Shown: positions 25,827-37,619, numbered from the stretch's first letter. The stretch: 64,000 nucleotides of DNA from Macrostomum hystrix (GCA_950097015.1 CATNEN010000029.1:1984001-2048000), one strand, 5' to 3'. Notes: a model not told the origin generated them from the letters alone. Numbers and translations are program-made.

Positions 25827-26860
25827 GCCCTGGGGCCTTACTAACTCCCCACACACCCAGCTACCCCCCTCCCCCCCGGTTGCTAATGCCTTGTCTGTGC
25901 GGTCTGAATTAAAGATTTGGCCATTTTGAATTCATTTCTCATCGAATAAATGCGTGTAAATAAAAATGAGCCAGCTAAGACTGCCTGTTGCCTTAGGTCT
26001 TGTAGGGTTACCTCACAAATCATGTTTTCTTTATCTATTTTTTTATTGTAAAGATGTGGTCATTTTTTCCACGATTGCATACTATTTTTTGTCAGTCATC
26101 TAGTAATTAAATTTAGATAGTAAAGATTTCGTTTTGAGAGTAAAGTGAACAGTTAAATTAAAAAACAATTATCATGCCGACTATTTAGTATGCTTTATAA
26201 TCTCCGCCTTCGCTAACTGTTTGTTATATTATTATTAATATTTCATAAGTCTGTATTAAATATATAGTGTTGCTCCTATTTTTACCCAACTAACTATGCC
26301 CCTACCGATCGCCTATGACATCATGCAATCATTCTTATTTTATCAACTTCTATTTTATAATAATTTCTCGTTGCTGCTTTTATTTTCGTTGGCGCAATTA
26401 ATAAACACTGTTCAAGCTACTATTAGTACTAGTAATAATAGTTGTTGTAGATCTATCAGTGTTTTAATCGGTAATTTGTGTTGTGCTTCGGTTAATAGAA
26501 TACAAACTTGTGAGTGCATCGTGTATAAACAAAATTGTCTTGTCCTTCTCGTCCTTCAAGGTTTCCACAACGGTGGTTAGACCTTTTAAACTTCGTAGGT
26601 GTAAATTGGCTAGGCTATTAGAGTTCTTATAAGTAAAACAACTTGCTGTCAACTTATTTAAATTTTCAGCCACGCAAAATTCTACTTACTAGAATTCTAA
26701 TAAATATTATAATTACTGCCATTATAATATTATTATATTATATTATAATTATTATAATTACTATAATTATATTACATATTATAATTACTATCGAATAGCT
26801 ATAGTAGAATTACATCCTCCGGTTTAGCGCCTGCTCGCGATAACACTGACCCTCTACTAA

Positions 26861-27075
26861 GTTCCTCTGCCCCTTCTACGCTTCCTCTGCCCCTTCTCTT
26901 AGTTCCTCTGCCCCTTCTATTACTTCCTCTGCCCCTTCTACGCTTCCTCTGCCCCTTCTCTTAGTTCCTCTGCCCCTTCTATTACTTCCTCTGCCCCTTC
27001 GCCCGCTTCCTCTGCCCCTTCGCCCGCTTCCTCTGCCCCTTCTATTAGTTCCTCTTCCTCCTCTTCCTCTGTTCC
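26861..27075. repeat. 21-bp minisatellite (cttcctctgccccttctatta) at the 3' end of a SINE copy
   Basis: Visible units; ORF repeats every 7 aa (GRGSGRR). Confidence 0.92.
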
Positions 27076-27081
27076 TCTGAA

Positions 27082-27341
27082 GTGGGCAGTTCGCCCACTT
27101 CACTGACTCCTGAGCACACACGCACACAGGGTGTCTATAAATGCCCTGACTTTCTCATCGTCAGGCAGTGTACATTTTCACTGTGCCTTGGAGGTTGGCC
27201 CTTAACGGTTTAAATTGCACGACAAGCCCCCAAGCCTTCTCTCCGCGGCTGCGACGCAAATGAATGTGGCCTCGCAGCCGAATAGAGCTTTGGGACATTG
27301 GAGCGTAGGCAAACGCGTTAACCTCTCTGCCACCCACCCCC
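27082..27341 (-). mobile_element. tRNA-derived SINE copy (3' truncated)
   Basis: Reverse complement aligns with 52811-53090; A-box-like TGGCAGAGAGG and shared body (gagaaggcttgggggcttgtcgtgcaattta...ccaacctccaaggcacagtg). Confidence 0.85.
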
Positions 27342-27529
27342 AGCCCCTTCACATAGTTCTTCTGCCAGTTCATCAGCCACTTCGTTTACCTGTCGCCTCC
27401 ACTGGCGTTCCCAAAATCGTTTCGATTCTTAGAAAACAGTTTATTTATGTGTAGGATGTATGCAATTTTTAGGAAATTATTTCAAATCTTCAAACTACAC
27501 TGCACGATACATTTATTTTTAGGATTAAC

Positions 27530-27950
27530 CCGCTAAAAATAGGGATGTTTCTTTGGGTGATTCCAGTTGGAATCTGCGGTGTTTCCAGAAAAAGAAACAG
27601 CCGAACGCTGGAAACAGGCCAATCGGATGATTCCATGCTTGGAATCAACCCAACTGGGCGGTTTCTCGGTGCTTCTTGGTGGCGAAATGGAATCACCCAA
27701 AGAATCCTCCAGTTCGGAAGATTCCATGCTCAGAAACCGCCGAGGAATCGCCCGTAAATAATTCTCTGATTGTCCCATGGGCCACTGGTTCGGGTGGTTC
27801 TTCGGCGGTTTCCGCACAATTTACGGTTACATCGGCTGCTTCCTGGGCGGTTTCTTTAACTCTTGCGAGATAGGGGGGATTTTGGTAGATTCCACTCCTA
27901 TTTTGCACACAAAAAACCGCCGAAGATGCAGCCGAATTTTTTACAGGGAA
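27530..27950. mobile_element. Possible decayed non-autonomous DNA element with short internal direct and inverted repeats
   Basis: cttcggcggttt (27800) is the inverse of aaaccgccgaag (~27914); gattccatgct occurs twice. No clear termini. Confidence 0.25.
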
Positions 27951-28629
27951 GGTTCTTTTTGTGTTAATTTTAATTGTTTAGTCACTGAATTAATTTGTAT
28001 CAGCATTTAAACCTGGCACTGTGTGTGGCACTTCTTACCTCTTTATATAAATGCATCGGCAGTGTTTTGTTATCGTGCTACATCAAATCGAACCATACCT
28101 TGAACTAAAAATCACACCAACTATGCTTACTCAGCAAATCGTCAGGTGTCTAGGATTTCCTAATCTAAGCTTTTGTATGACTTTTAGTCGATTAGTTCCG
28201 TCTTCGACCATGCAGCGAGATACGCGCCATTTGGACAAAACAAATCAGTATTTTCAGTATGTTTTCAGTTAGTTTTTTGCCTGTCTGTTTATCAGTTGCA
28301 ATGTATTTTATTGAGCACTTTGTAAAGCATTACAGCTGAGTTTGAAGTGCTTTGCATTCATCTTTTGTTATATCTTCGCGAAAATATATTTTATTTGTTG
28401 CACTTAGGGATCTCTCACTTAAAAATTGTAACATAACGGAGAGTTTTTCGATTGGCAGACTAAATATAAACATTTTGAATTGAGAAATACCTCCGTTTTT
28501 ATTTTCTTGTGTTTTCTACAGTTTTTTGTGCCAACTGCCATTCGAATCCTGTAAGTTAGCATTCTGAACTAAAATTTCTCAGAAAACTTACTCACTTAAT
28601 CCCATCCACTTACCTACCTGCAGTCAATT

Positions 28630-29345
28630 AGTCTCATCAATTTCCCCACCTCCAATCACTTAGTCCCATCCATTTCCCCACCTCCAATCACTTGGTCCCA
28701 TCCATTTCCCCACCTCCAATCACTTGGTCCCATCCATTTCCCCACCTCCAATCACTTGGTCACATTCATTTCCCCACCTCCAATCACTTGGTCCCATCCA
28801 TTTCCCCACCTCCAATCACTTGGTCCCATCCATTTCCCCACCTCCAATCACTTGGTCCCATCCATTTCCCCACCTCCAATCACTTGGTCCCATCCATTTC
28901 CCCACTTCCAATCACTTGGTCCCATCCATTTCCCCACCTCCAATCACTTGGTCCCATCCATTTCCCCACCTCCAATCACTTGGTCCCCTTCATTTCCCCA
29001 CTTCCAATCACTTGGTCCGATCCATTTCCCCATCTCCAGTCATATAGTCCCATCAACTTCCCCATCTCCAGTCATATAGTCCCATCAACTTACCCATCTC
29101 CAGTCACTTGGTCCGATCCATTTCCCCATCTCCAGTCATATAGTCCCATCAACTTCCCCATCTCCAGTCATATAGTCCCATCAACTTACCCATCTCCAGT
29201 CACTTGGTCCGATCCATTTCCCCATCTCCAGTCATATAGTCCCATCTACTTCCCCATCTCCAGTCACTTGGTCCGATCCATTTCCCCATCTCCAGTCATA
29301 TAGTCCCATCTACTTCCCCATCTCCAGTCAGTTAGTCCCATCCAT
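28630..29345. repeat. 32-bp minisatellite (~22 copies; ccacctccaatcacttggtcccatccatttcc) with a diverged right-hand domain
   Basis: Visible 32-bp period; ends ~55 nt before the likely MFAP1 ATG. Confidence 0.95.
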
Positions 29346-29398
29346 TTGGGATGTCCGTGACATGTAGTGTCAACCCCGCTGCCCGCAGCCCAGCAGCG

Positions 29399-30502
29399 AT
29401 GAGCTACCGCAGACAACTAGCCAACTGGCGCTCCCGAGTGCCCGTGCTCAGCACAGCCGGCGCTGTGCCAGTGCGCACGGAGAAAGGCGAGATGTACCTG
29501 GAGAAAGTCAAGGTTAAACGCTACGTGGCCGGCAAACGGCCGGACTTCGGCGACGCCCCCGGCGGCGGCGGAGAGGCCGACTCCGACTATGACGATGATC
29601 AGCAGGTTGAGCCGCATAGGCATCAGCGACTGTCTGCGGCTGCGGCGACTGGCGACGATCCGTTCGTTCGACCGAGGCGCGAGCCGGCCGCACTTGTTGG
29701 CGGCCATCAGGCAGCGTCTGCGAGGCCGGAGCTGACGGCGGATCCGCGCGATCGTCGGCTGCAGCGCCTACTGGCGGCTAGCAGCGGTGGAGCGCGCGCT
29801 GGTCGCCGATCGCGTCGGGCTGGCGAGGACGACGACGACGATTCGGAGTATGGAGACGAAGACGAAGCGTCGGACTCGGAGGACTCAGAGGAGGAGGAGG
29901 ATCGGCTGGAGCGGCACCGGCGCTACAGAGGTAAAGCGGTCGCGGAGTCCGGAGGCTACGACCATCACCATCATCACCAGCAGCAGCAGCGCGGAGCGGC
30001 GCCAGCCAATGAAGACGACGAGGAGCAGTTGGACGAGGCGGAGCTTGAGCACCGGCGCAGCATGCTGCGAATGCGCGCCAAGCAGCGCGAGGTCGAAGAG
30101 GAGCTGATGGCGCGCCAGGAGGAGCGAGGCGCCGCCGGCAGCGGCAGCAGCGACGCTGGCAGCGATGAAGATGACGAACTCACCGAGGAGGAGTACACCA
30201 GCGATGAGGATGAGGCGCAGCCGCGCCTTAAGCCGGTCTTTGTCCGGCGTCGCGATCGCGTCACGGTCGGTCAGGGCGACGCCGTCCCGGCTGCGGCTCC
30301 TGCTGCTCCGGCTTCCACTGCCGGCGGAATCACCCGCATAGCGGCCGCGGCTTCAACAGTCACGCCGGCGCACGTATCAGAGGAGCGTCGGGCGACCACG
30401 CTTCAGTTGGTGCGTCAAGAGGCTAGGCAAGAGGCCGAGGAAGCCAAAGCGCTGGCCGCTGCGTTTGACAATGTCGACTCTGCCGATGAGGAGGACGACG
30501 AG
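29399..30502 (+). CDS. MFAP1: Microfibrillar-associated protein 1 (spliceosomal B-complex factor), exon 1
   Basis: STAGAVPVRTEKGEMYLEKVKVKRYVAGKRPDF and PRLKPVFVRRRDRVTV are MFAP1 hallmarks; phase-0 donor GAG|gtgagt at 30502/30503. An in-frame upstream ATG exists at 29351. Confidence 0.95.
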
Positions 30503-30518
30503 GTGAGTTGTTCATTGT

Positions 30519-30694
30519 GGGCTTGTCGTGCAATTTACACCCTTGCGTGCCAACCTCTAAGGCTGTAAAAGTGTACACTGCCTGTGTTTGTGTGTGCTCA
30601 GTAGTCCGCGGAAATGGGCAGAACTGCCTCCTCTCTGACTGCGGGTCAAGTGTCACCAAATGATGTGCCCGTGGCCACAGCCCTCCTGCAATTA
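30519..30694 (+). mobile_element. 5'-truncated copy of the same SINE, inside the MFAP1 intron
   Basis: gggcttgtcgtgcaatttac...agtgtacactgcctg...gtgtcaccaaat aligns with ~52925-53150. Confidence 0.85.
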
Positions 30695-30725
30695 TCATTA
30701 ATTTGATTATGCCTCCTCCGCTCAG

Positions 30726-31226
30726 GTTGCCTACGAGGCGTGGAAGTTGCGCGAGTTGAAGCGGCTGAAGCGCGACAGAGAGGAGCGCGAGGCCCGCCAG
30801 CGAGAACAGGAGGAGCTGCAGCGGGTGCGCAATATGACCGAGGAGGAGCGCCAGGCCGAGCTGCGCCGTCGGCCAAAGATCGTCGACAACAAGGCCGACA
30901 AGGGCAAGTACAAGTATCTGCAGAAGTACTATCACCGCGGCGCCTTCTTCCTTGACGGCGACAACGACCTGCTGCGTCGCGATGTCAGCGGGCCGACGCT
31001 TGAGGATCACTTCGACAAGAGCGTACTGCCCAAGGTTATGCAGGTGAAAAACTTTGGTCGCGCCGGCCGCACTAAATATACTCACCTGGTGGACCAGGAC
31101 ACCACTGGTACTGACAACCCGTGGGCTGTGGACAGCGCTCAGGCTCAGCGCTTCCACTCTGTCAGGGGTGGCGGCATGCGGCCACTGACGCATTATCGGT
31201 CCGGCGCTAAGCGATCCGATGTTTGA
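30726..31226 (+). CDS. MFAP1: MFAP1 exon 2 (conserved C-terminal domain)
   Basis: Acceptor ccgctcag|; [59 protein letters not shown]. Confidence 0.96.
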   Translation, partial: VAYEAWKLRELKRLKRDREEREARQREQEELQRVRNMTEEERQAELRRRPKIVDNKADKGKYKYLQKYYHRGAFFLDGDNDLLRRDVSGPTLEDHFDKSVLPKVMQVKNFGRAGRTKYTHLVDQDTTGTDNPWAVDSAQAQRFHSVRGGGMRPLTHYRSGAKRSDV

Positions 31227-31344
31227 AGATCTCAGTGCTTTTCTGCTTTTTTGAGTTCTCCGTATCTGCTTTTCACTGTCCATTTGCTCCTCGGTACGAC
31301 ACGGTCCATCTACCTGTAACTCCCCTCTCTCTACCTTTTTCCAT

Positions 31345-31500
31345 TCGTGCCTCTCCTCCCTTCCTCGATCCCTACCTCTCCTCCCTTCCTCCATCCCTGC
31401 CTCTCCTTCGTTCCTCCATCCCTGCCTCTCCTCCCTTCCTCCATCCCTGCCTCTCCTCCATTCCTGCATCCTACCTCTCCTCCCATCCTCGATGCCTGCC
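31345..31500. repeat. ~25-bp CT-rich repeat in the MFAP1 3' region
   Basis: ccatccctgcctctcctcccttcct units. Confidence 0.85.
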
Positions 31501-31862
31501 TCTCACCCATATCATGGCTTACAATAAGCCATGGTTAATTTATTGTTTTATCATTTCATTTGAAAAGCCTTGCATTGTAAGCATTGTCTGTCAGTTCAAT
31601 GTACAGATAGCAGTTAATTATGCTACCACAATTATTCGTTTATAAATATTCTTTGCTCACTTGTCCATTGAACCATTGAAATATATGCAATGGTTAAAAT
31701 AAAAAGCAAATAAAATGAAACTCTGCTTATTGAACTGCAAGGAAATGTTTTTTTGGCTTAAAGTTTTTTATACTCGTACGACAAGTTTTTTTAAGAAGTC
31801 TGGGTATGTGCTAGAGGGTCAGTGGAACTGACGAAATTGCCTTGTTCGGTCTGATAGTTCGA

Positions 31863-33500
31863 AGTCTAACAGGTGTATTGCTCATTAGTTCACAGTCTAA
31901 CAGGTGTATGGCTCATTAGTTCACAGTCTAACAGGTGTATGGCTCATTAGTTTACAGTCTAACAGTAGTATGGCTCATTAGTTCACAGTCTAACAGTAGT
32001 ATGGCTCATTAGTTCACAGTCTAACAGGTGTATGGCTCATTAGTTTAGTCTAACAGTAGTATGGCTCATTAGTTCACAGTCTAACAGTAGTATGGCTCAT
32101 TAGTTCACAGTCTAACAGGTGTATGGCTCACTAGTTCACAGTCTAACAGGTGTATGGCTCATTAGTTCACAGTCTAACAGTAGTATGGCTCATTAGTTCA
32201 CAGTCTAACAGTAGTATGGCTCATTAGTTCACAGTCTAACAGGTGTATGGCTCACTAGTTCACAGTCTAACAGTAGTATGGCTCACTAGTTCACAGTCTA
32301 ACAGGTGTATGGCTCATTAGTTCACAGTCTAACAGTAGTATGGCTCATTAGTTCATAGTCTTACAGGTGTATGGCTCACTAGTTCACAGTCTAACAGGTG
32401 TATGGCTCATTAGTTCACAGTCTAACAGGTGTATGGCTCATTAGTTCACAGTCTAACAGGTGTATGGCTCACTAGTTCACAGTCTAACAGGTGTATGGCT
32501 CATTAGTTCACAGTCTAACAGGTGTATGGCTCATTAGTTCACAGTCTAACAGTAGTATGGCTCATTAGTTCACAGTCTAACAGGTGTATGGCTCACTAGT
32601 TCACAGTCTAACAGGTGTATGGCTCATTAGTTCACAGTCTAACAGGTGTATGGCTCATTAGTTCACAGTCTAACAGGTGTATGGCTCACTAGTTCACAGT
32701 CTAACAGGTGTATGGCTCATTAGTTCACAGTCTAACAGGTGTATGGCTCACTAGTTCACAGTCTAACTGGTGTATGGCTCATTAGTTCACAGTCTAACAG
32801 GTGTATGGCTCATTAGTTCACAGTCTAACAGGTGTATGGCTCACTAGTTCACAGTCTAACAGGTGTATGGCTCACTAGTTCACAGTCTAACAGGTGTATG
32901 GCTCATTAGTTCACAGTCTAACAGGTGTATGGCTCACTAGTTCACAGTCTAACAGGTGTATGGCTCATTAGTTCACAGTCTAACAGGTGTATGGCTCATT
33001 AGTTCACAGTCTAACAGGTGTATGGCTCATTAGTTCACAGTCTATCAGTAGTATGGCTCATTAGTTTACAGTCTAACAGGTGTATGGCTCATTAGTTCAC
33101 AGTCTAACAGGTGTATGGCTCATTAGTTCACAGTCTAACAGGTGTATGGCTCATTAGTTTACAGTCTAACAGTAGTATGGCTCATTAGTTTACAGTCTAA
33201 CAGGTGTATGGCTCATTAGTTCACAGTCTAACAGTAGTATGGCTCATTAGTTCACAGTCTAACAGTAGTATGGCTCATTAGTTCACAGTCTAACAGGTGT
33301 ATGGCTCATTAGTTCACAGTCTAACAGTAGTATGGCTCATTAGTTCACAGTCTAACAGGTGTATGGCTCATTAGTTCACAGTCTAACAGGTGTATGGCTC
33401 ATTAGTTCACAGTCTAACAGTAGTATGGCTCATTAGTTCACAGTCTAACAGGTGTATGGCTCATTAGTTCACAGTCTAACAGTAGTATGGCTCATTAGTT
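31863..33500. repeat. 31-bp minisatellite (~53 copies; agtctaacaggtgtatggctcattagttcac) between MFAP1 and RMT2
   Basis: Period 31 verified (31881 to 31912); binary variants caggtg/cagtag and ctcatt/ctcact. Confidence 0.98.
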
Positions 33501-33748
33501 CAAATTCTAGCAGATGTATAACAATTTAGCTCATCTGTTCATCTGTTCAAAGCCTCACATGCTTCCGGTACTTGTGGTTCAAGGAACTCTAAAATACCGG
33601 ATCATTAGATGTTCTAATTCTGAAATGCTAATTTAGTCATAAGGATGGATTTTGGCTAATGTTAAAAATGCAAGACAAATAGGATTTTCACGTTTCTACT
33701 TTTTGATAAAATCCTGCACTAATTCTAGCGTAAGTTTGCCGTCTGGGC

Positions 33749-34259
33749 ATGGAGATCGAACAGCCGACCGAAACGCGCAAACGTAAAGCGCCCTCACCGT
33801 CGGAGCAGCAGCAGCAGGAAGGGGTAGGCGAGTCAGGCGACATTGTTGACGCCGCAAGTCAAGAGCCGTCTCCTGACGATGTTCAGCTCGTGCTGGCAGC
33901 CAGCCGGGGCGAGTGCCAGACGGTGCGCCGTCTGCTCGCCGAGACTCAGGCGGATCCGTGCTACCAGGACCACGGCACCGGTATGTCGGTGCTGATGGCA
34001 GCCGCCGCCTCTGGCAGCGCGGAGACTGTCCGCTGCCTGCTAGAGAATGGCGCGCCGTGGAATGCGGTAGATCGCAAATATCACTGCGCCGGCGAGTACG
34101 CCATGTGGAAGGGTCACCAGGCTGTGGTTGACCTGCTGCTAGACCATGCGGCCGCCTCCGAGCTACTGCTGGGCGCACTGATGAGCGACGAGCGCGCCCT
34201 GGGCGTCACCCAGCTGCAGAGAGAGTACATGCAGCAGCGGCTCACCTACTGCGGTGGAG
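33749..34259 (+). CDS. RMT2: RMT2-family arginine N-methyltransferase exon 1 (ankyrin repeats)
   Basis: Ankyrin-like GMSVLMAAAASGSAETVRCLLENGAPWNAVD..CAGEYA; phase-1 donor G|gtgagc at 34259/34260. Confidence 0.88.
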
Positions 34260-34429
34260 GTGAGCATCGGTGCTTCCCTGTTGAAGTTGCCATTGCTCAA
34301 TATACGCTCGGAGCATGCAGATTGACTCTGTCATGCAGGTGTTTGACAGCTCCATATCGGAGTTTCAAAGTGTCTCTGTCACAATTGCAGCATTTAAACT
34401 CCTTCCTCAATCTTCCTCGCACTACGCAG

Positions 34430-35076
34430 GCGACCTGCTCCTAGACGGCGAAGGCTACGCTGTGATGATGGCCTGGGAGCAGCCGCTGATGGAGCAGCAT
34501 GCCCGCTACGTGTGTCCCAGGCCCGGCTTGCGAGTTCTTAACGTTGGCTTCGGCATGGGCATCGTGGACACGGAGCTGCAGAAACTAGGTCCAGCTGAGC
34601 ACACCATTATTGAGGCCCACCCGGATGTTCTCAACCGCATGCGCGACCAGGGCTGGCCCGACAGGCCCGGTGTCCGCATCGTGCCCGGCCGTTGGCAGGA
34701 TGTCATCGCCCAGCTGGGACCATTCGACGGTGTCTTCTTTGATACGTACGCCGAGGACGACCTAGATCTGCACTCGTTCCACGCCCACCTGCCCAGACTG
34801 CTGGCCCCAGGCGGCCGGTACGCATTCTACAACGGCATGTGCCCGGACAATGTCTTCTTTCACGCTGTAGCCTGCGAAGTTGTCCGACTGCGCCTACTGA
34901 GGCTGGGCCTGCGCTGCAGCTTCAGGCCGCTGCCTGTCCGCGTTGACGACTCTAAACTCTGGCAGGGGGTGCGTGATCGCTACTGGCACTTCGACACCTA
35001 CTACCTGCCAGAGGTGTGCCGGCCGGAGGGCGACGAAGCCTCCACAGCTGCAGCCGTCGCTGAAACTTGGAATTGA
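34430..35076 (+). CDS. RMT2: RMT2-family arginine N-methyltransferase exon 2 (GAMT-like SAM domain)
   Basis: Acceptor actacgcag| in phase 1; VMMAWEQPLM, VLNVGFGMGIVD, HTIIEAHPDV, FDGVFFDTYAE, YAFYNG. Joined product ~385 aa. Confidence 0.9.
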
Positions 35077-36184
35077 AATAGCAGACACCAAGACTAAAAT
35101 GGAATTTTATTTAATTTATCTTTTAAGCAGGAAGAATCTTCCAGGAAATCGCACGATAGCAGCCGCAGTTTCTAGTCTTAGTCAAAGAATACTTAACTTC
35201 TAAAAGAAGTAATGAAAGATGTATGACCAATTAGGTGTCGAAGAAGTTCCATAAACCTCTAAGGGGTATAGTTACTCTCGCTTTAATGAAATGCCATTAT
35301 TTGTACTAATAAAGTGCCTAAATACTCACAATGGTTTCAGGATTTTTAGCTCCTGGTTGTAAGCAATTTTGTTCACATGTTCACGCTTGAGACTCAGGCC
35401 GCCCTGCGTTAGCAACTAGAGATAAAAAGTTCATATATTAATGATCTGTAGTCAGCTAAATGCTAAATCAACTGCAAGGCTGAAGGGCTGCATTTTGTGC
35501 ATTTTTGGATCAGAAAAAAAATAAATCCAAGTCTTTCCGTTCATTCTTTAAAAAATTCCTTTAAAAATCTGTCCCGCTACTGAACCAGTTAGTAGTCTGT
35601 ATAGGAAGTTGGTTAGGGGGACTTATACGTATTGCTAGGGCACGCATAGGCATTGACAAACACTGTCGCTATGCTGATTTACGAATCTATTTTAGCTGTC
35701 AGATTTACTCAATCGTCATTTCTAATCCTTTTTAAATAGAAAACAAAAGCAACGATTTAGCTTTTCTGCGTCATAGATAGTTGAAAGTGTGGCTAAAAAT
35801 AATCATTTCTCGAAAAGTCTATAATGTCTATAATGGAATCTACAAATATATAATGCAGCCAGGCTACAGCAGCAACAGCAAAGCCCTTGGAATCTGCTTC
35901 AGCGGCAGGAAATGTTTGACCCTGTCTGACCCCCCGCACTCTCTCTTAGAGAACGCGCTCTCGGATATTTGACCCTCTGGTTAGGCGGGTTGGAGCCTTA
36001 ATCTGCTTCATCTACAGCTGCTTCAACTAGATCGATTTGTTTAACTGCTTAGGGGATTTAAAGAGGCCATATTTGGCGGCTTGGAGACTGTTTTGTGCAA
36101 CTTTTCACTTTGCTGTTTGGAATCGGATAGTTCTATTCGATTTGCTAATTCATAACACGCTTCTATCTGCCATCTAATAGATTG

Positions 36185-36380
36185 TGTGGTGAATCCTTCC
36201 AGATTGAGTGGTAAATCCTACCAGATTGTGGTAAATCCTTTCAGATTGTGAGGCAAATCCTTCCAGATTGTGTGGTCAATCCTTCAGATTGTGTGGTAAA
36301 TCCTACCAGATTGTGGTAAATCCTTTCAGATTGTGAGGCAAATCCTTCCAGATTGAGTGGTAATTCCTTCCAGATTGTGT
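36185..36380. repeat. Degenerate ~20-22-bp repeat (aatccttccagattgtggt)
   Basis: Visible imperfect units. Confidence 0.8.
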
Positions 36381-36847
36381 GATAAATTATTTTAGACATC
36401 GTGTGTTGAATCCTCCCAGAACATCTGCAAAAATTCACATTTTTCGTCTGGCAAAAAGTGCTCCATCTTTTATTTGCACCCATTTGAAGGCTTAATGAAA
36501 GGAATGAAACTACGCTCGTAGATTCTGCTGCATTTTTCCAAATTACCATGTTGTAGCAATCAAACTTCATCAATGCATAGAGGATCAATCACTTAGACGT
36601 TAGTCTTAAGTCGTTAAACCGAATTAACAAAAAATGGCCAAGATGGAACAATATGAAAGCCTATGAATAGCTTGGCGTTGATGTCATCAGTAGCTAGCAG
36701 ATACGACTCCGACCTGTGCGTGGGCAAATCACTGAATACCAATAGTTTCCAAAAATAGCATACCTTTATGCACTCTCTCCGTGTGAAGTGTAGATGCGAA
36801 ATCTGCGAATCGCTTATCTCTGCAAAGCACAGATTTTTATTAGCTGT

Positions 36848-37020
36848 CCATTCTATTATATTCATCCATGAAGAGTAGATTAGCAATCCATTCTATTATA
36901 CTCATCCATGAAGAGTAGATTAGCAATCCATTCTATTATACTCATCCATGAAGAGTAGATTAGCAATCCATTCTATTATACTCATCCATGAAGAGTAGAT
37001 TAGCAATCCATTCTATTATA
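36848..37020. repeat. 40-bp tandem repeat (~4.3 copies; ccattctattatactcatccatgaagagtagattagcaat)
   Basis: Directly visible. Confidence 0.93.
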
Positions 37021-37345
37021 GCTTAGAAGTGCTAAGCCTTAACCACTGTGCCACAAACCTACTCTTACAAGTACGCTTCAAAGGTTAATCTCCGATGCTA
37101 GTTTAGCAATCCAGCGATTAGGTTTTTTATTAAAGAAAGAAATCAAGATGTTTCAGTTCTATTGAAGTATTAGTGTACTAATATGGACTATAATATTAAT
37201 CCATATTTTGAGATTAGTTGCCATAGGATATTGTGGGTGTATTTTCTCCAGAGCGTCAGTCAGTAGACTAGAACCCAGATCAACAGCTGAACTCAAAGCT
37301 GTCTGCATCTATGCTCAGCTCCCAGCTTCCCAGCTCACGCGCCAG

Positions 37346-37582
37346 TCAGGCGCAGATGATGGCCGCATCAGACGGCTGCACCAGTTGCACGTACAGCTGC
37401 GGATCGTCCTGCGCCAGCTGCAGCGCCCTGGAGCTGCGGTAGCAGAATCGCTTGCCGCTGCCGTCGGAGCCGACTTCGACGCACTCTGCTACGCTGGCGC
37501 AATTGAAGCGAAACACGTGCTTAGCGTTGTAGGCCTGCTGTTCCAGGTAGGGGAATTCCCGCGGACTGCCCATGTGCTCCAT
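37346..37582 (-). CDS. Secreted Cys-rich protein A, exon 2 (terminal)
   Basis: Acceptor ccgttgtcgcag| in phase 0; MEHMGSPREFPYLEQQAYNAKHVFRFNCASVAECVEV...QPSDAAIICA*; GC-rich coding-like composition. Confidence 0.7.
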   Translation of the reverse strand: MEHMGSPREFPYLEQQAYNAKHVFRFNCASVAECVEVGSDGSGKRFCYRSSRALQLAQDDPQLYVQLVQPSDAAIICA

Positions 37583-37619
37583 CTGCGACAACGGGTGGGT
37601 GGCGAGGCAAGGATTGACA

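Noticed and set aside
26695-26795. AT-rich tattataatt low-complexity tract
   Set aside because: Simple-sequence DNA with no distinctive structure.
28692-29303. Pro/His-rich ORFs
   Set aside because: Frames of the 32-bp array.
30423-31469. 348-aa minus-strand ORF
   Set aside because: Antisense shadow of the GC-rich MFAP1 exon plus a CT repeat.
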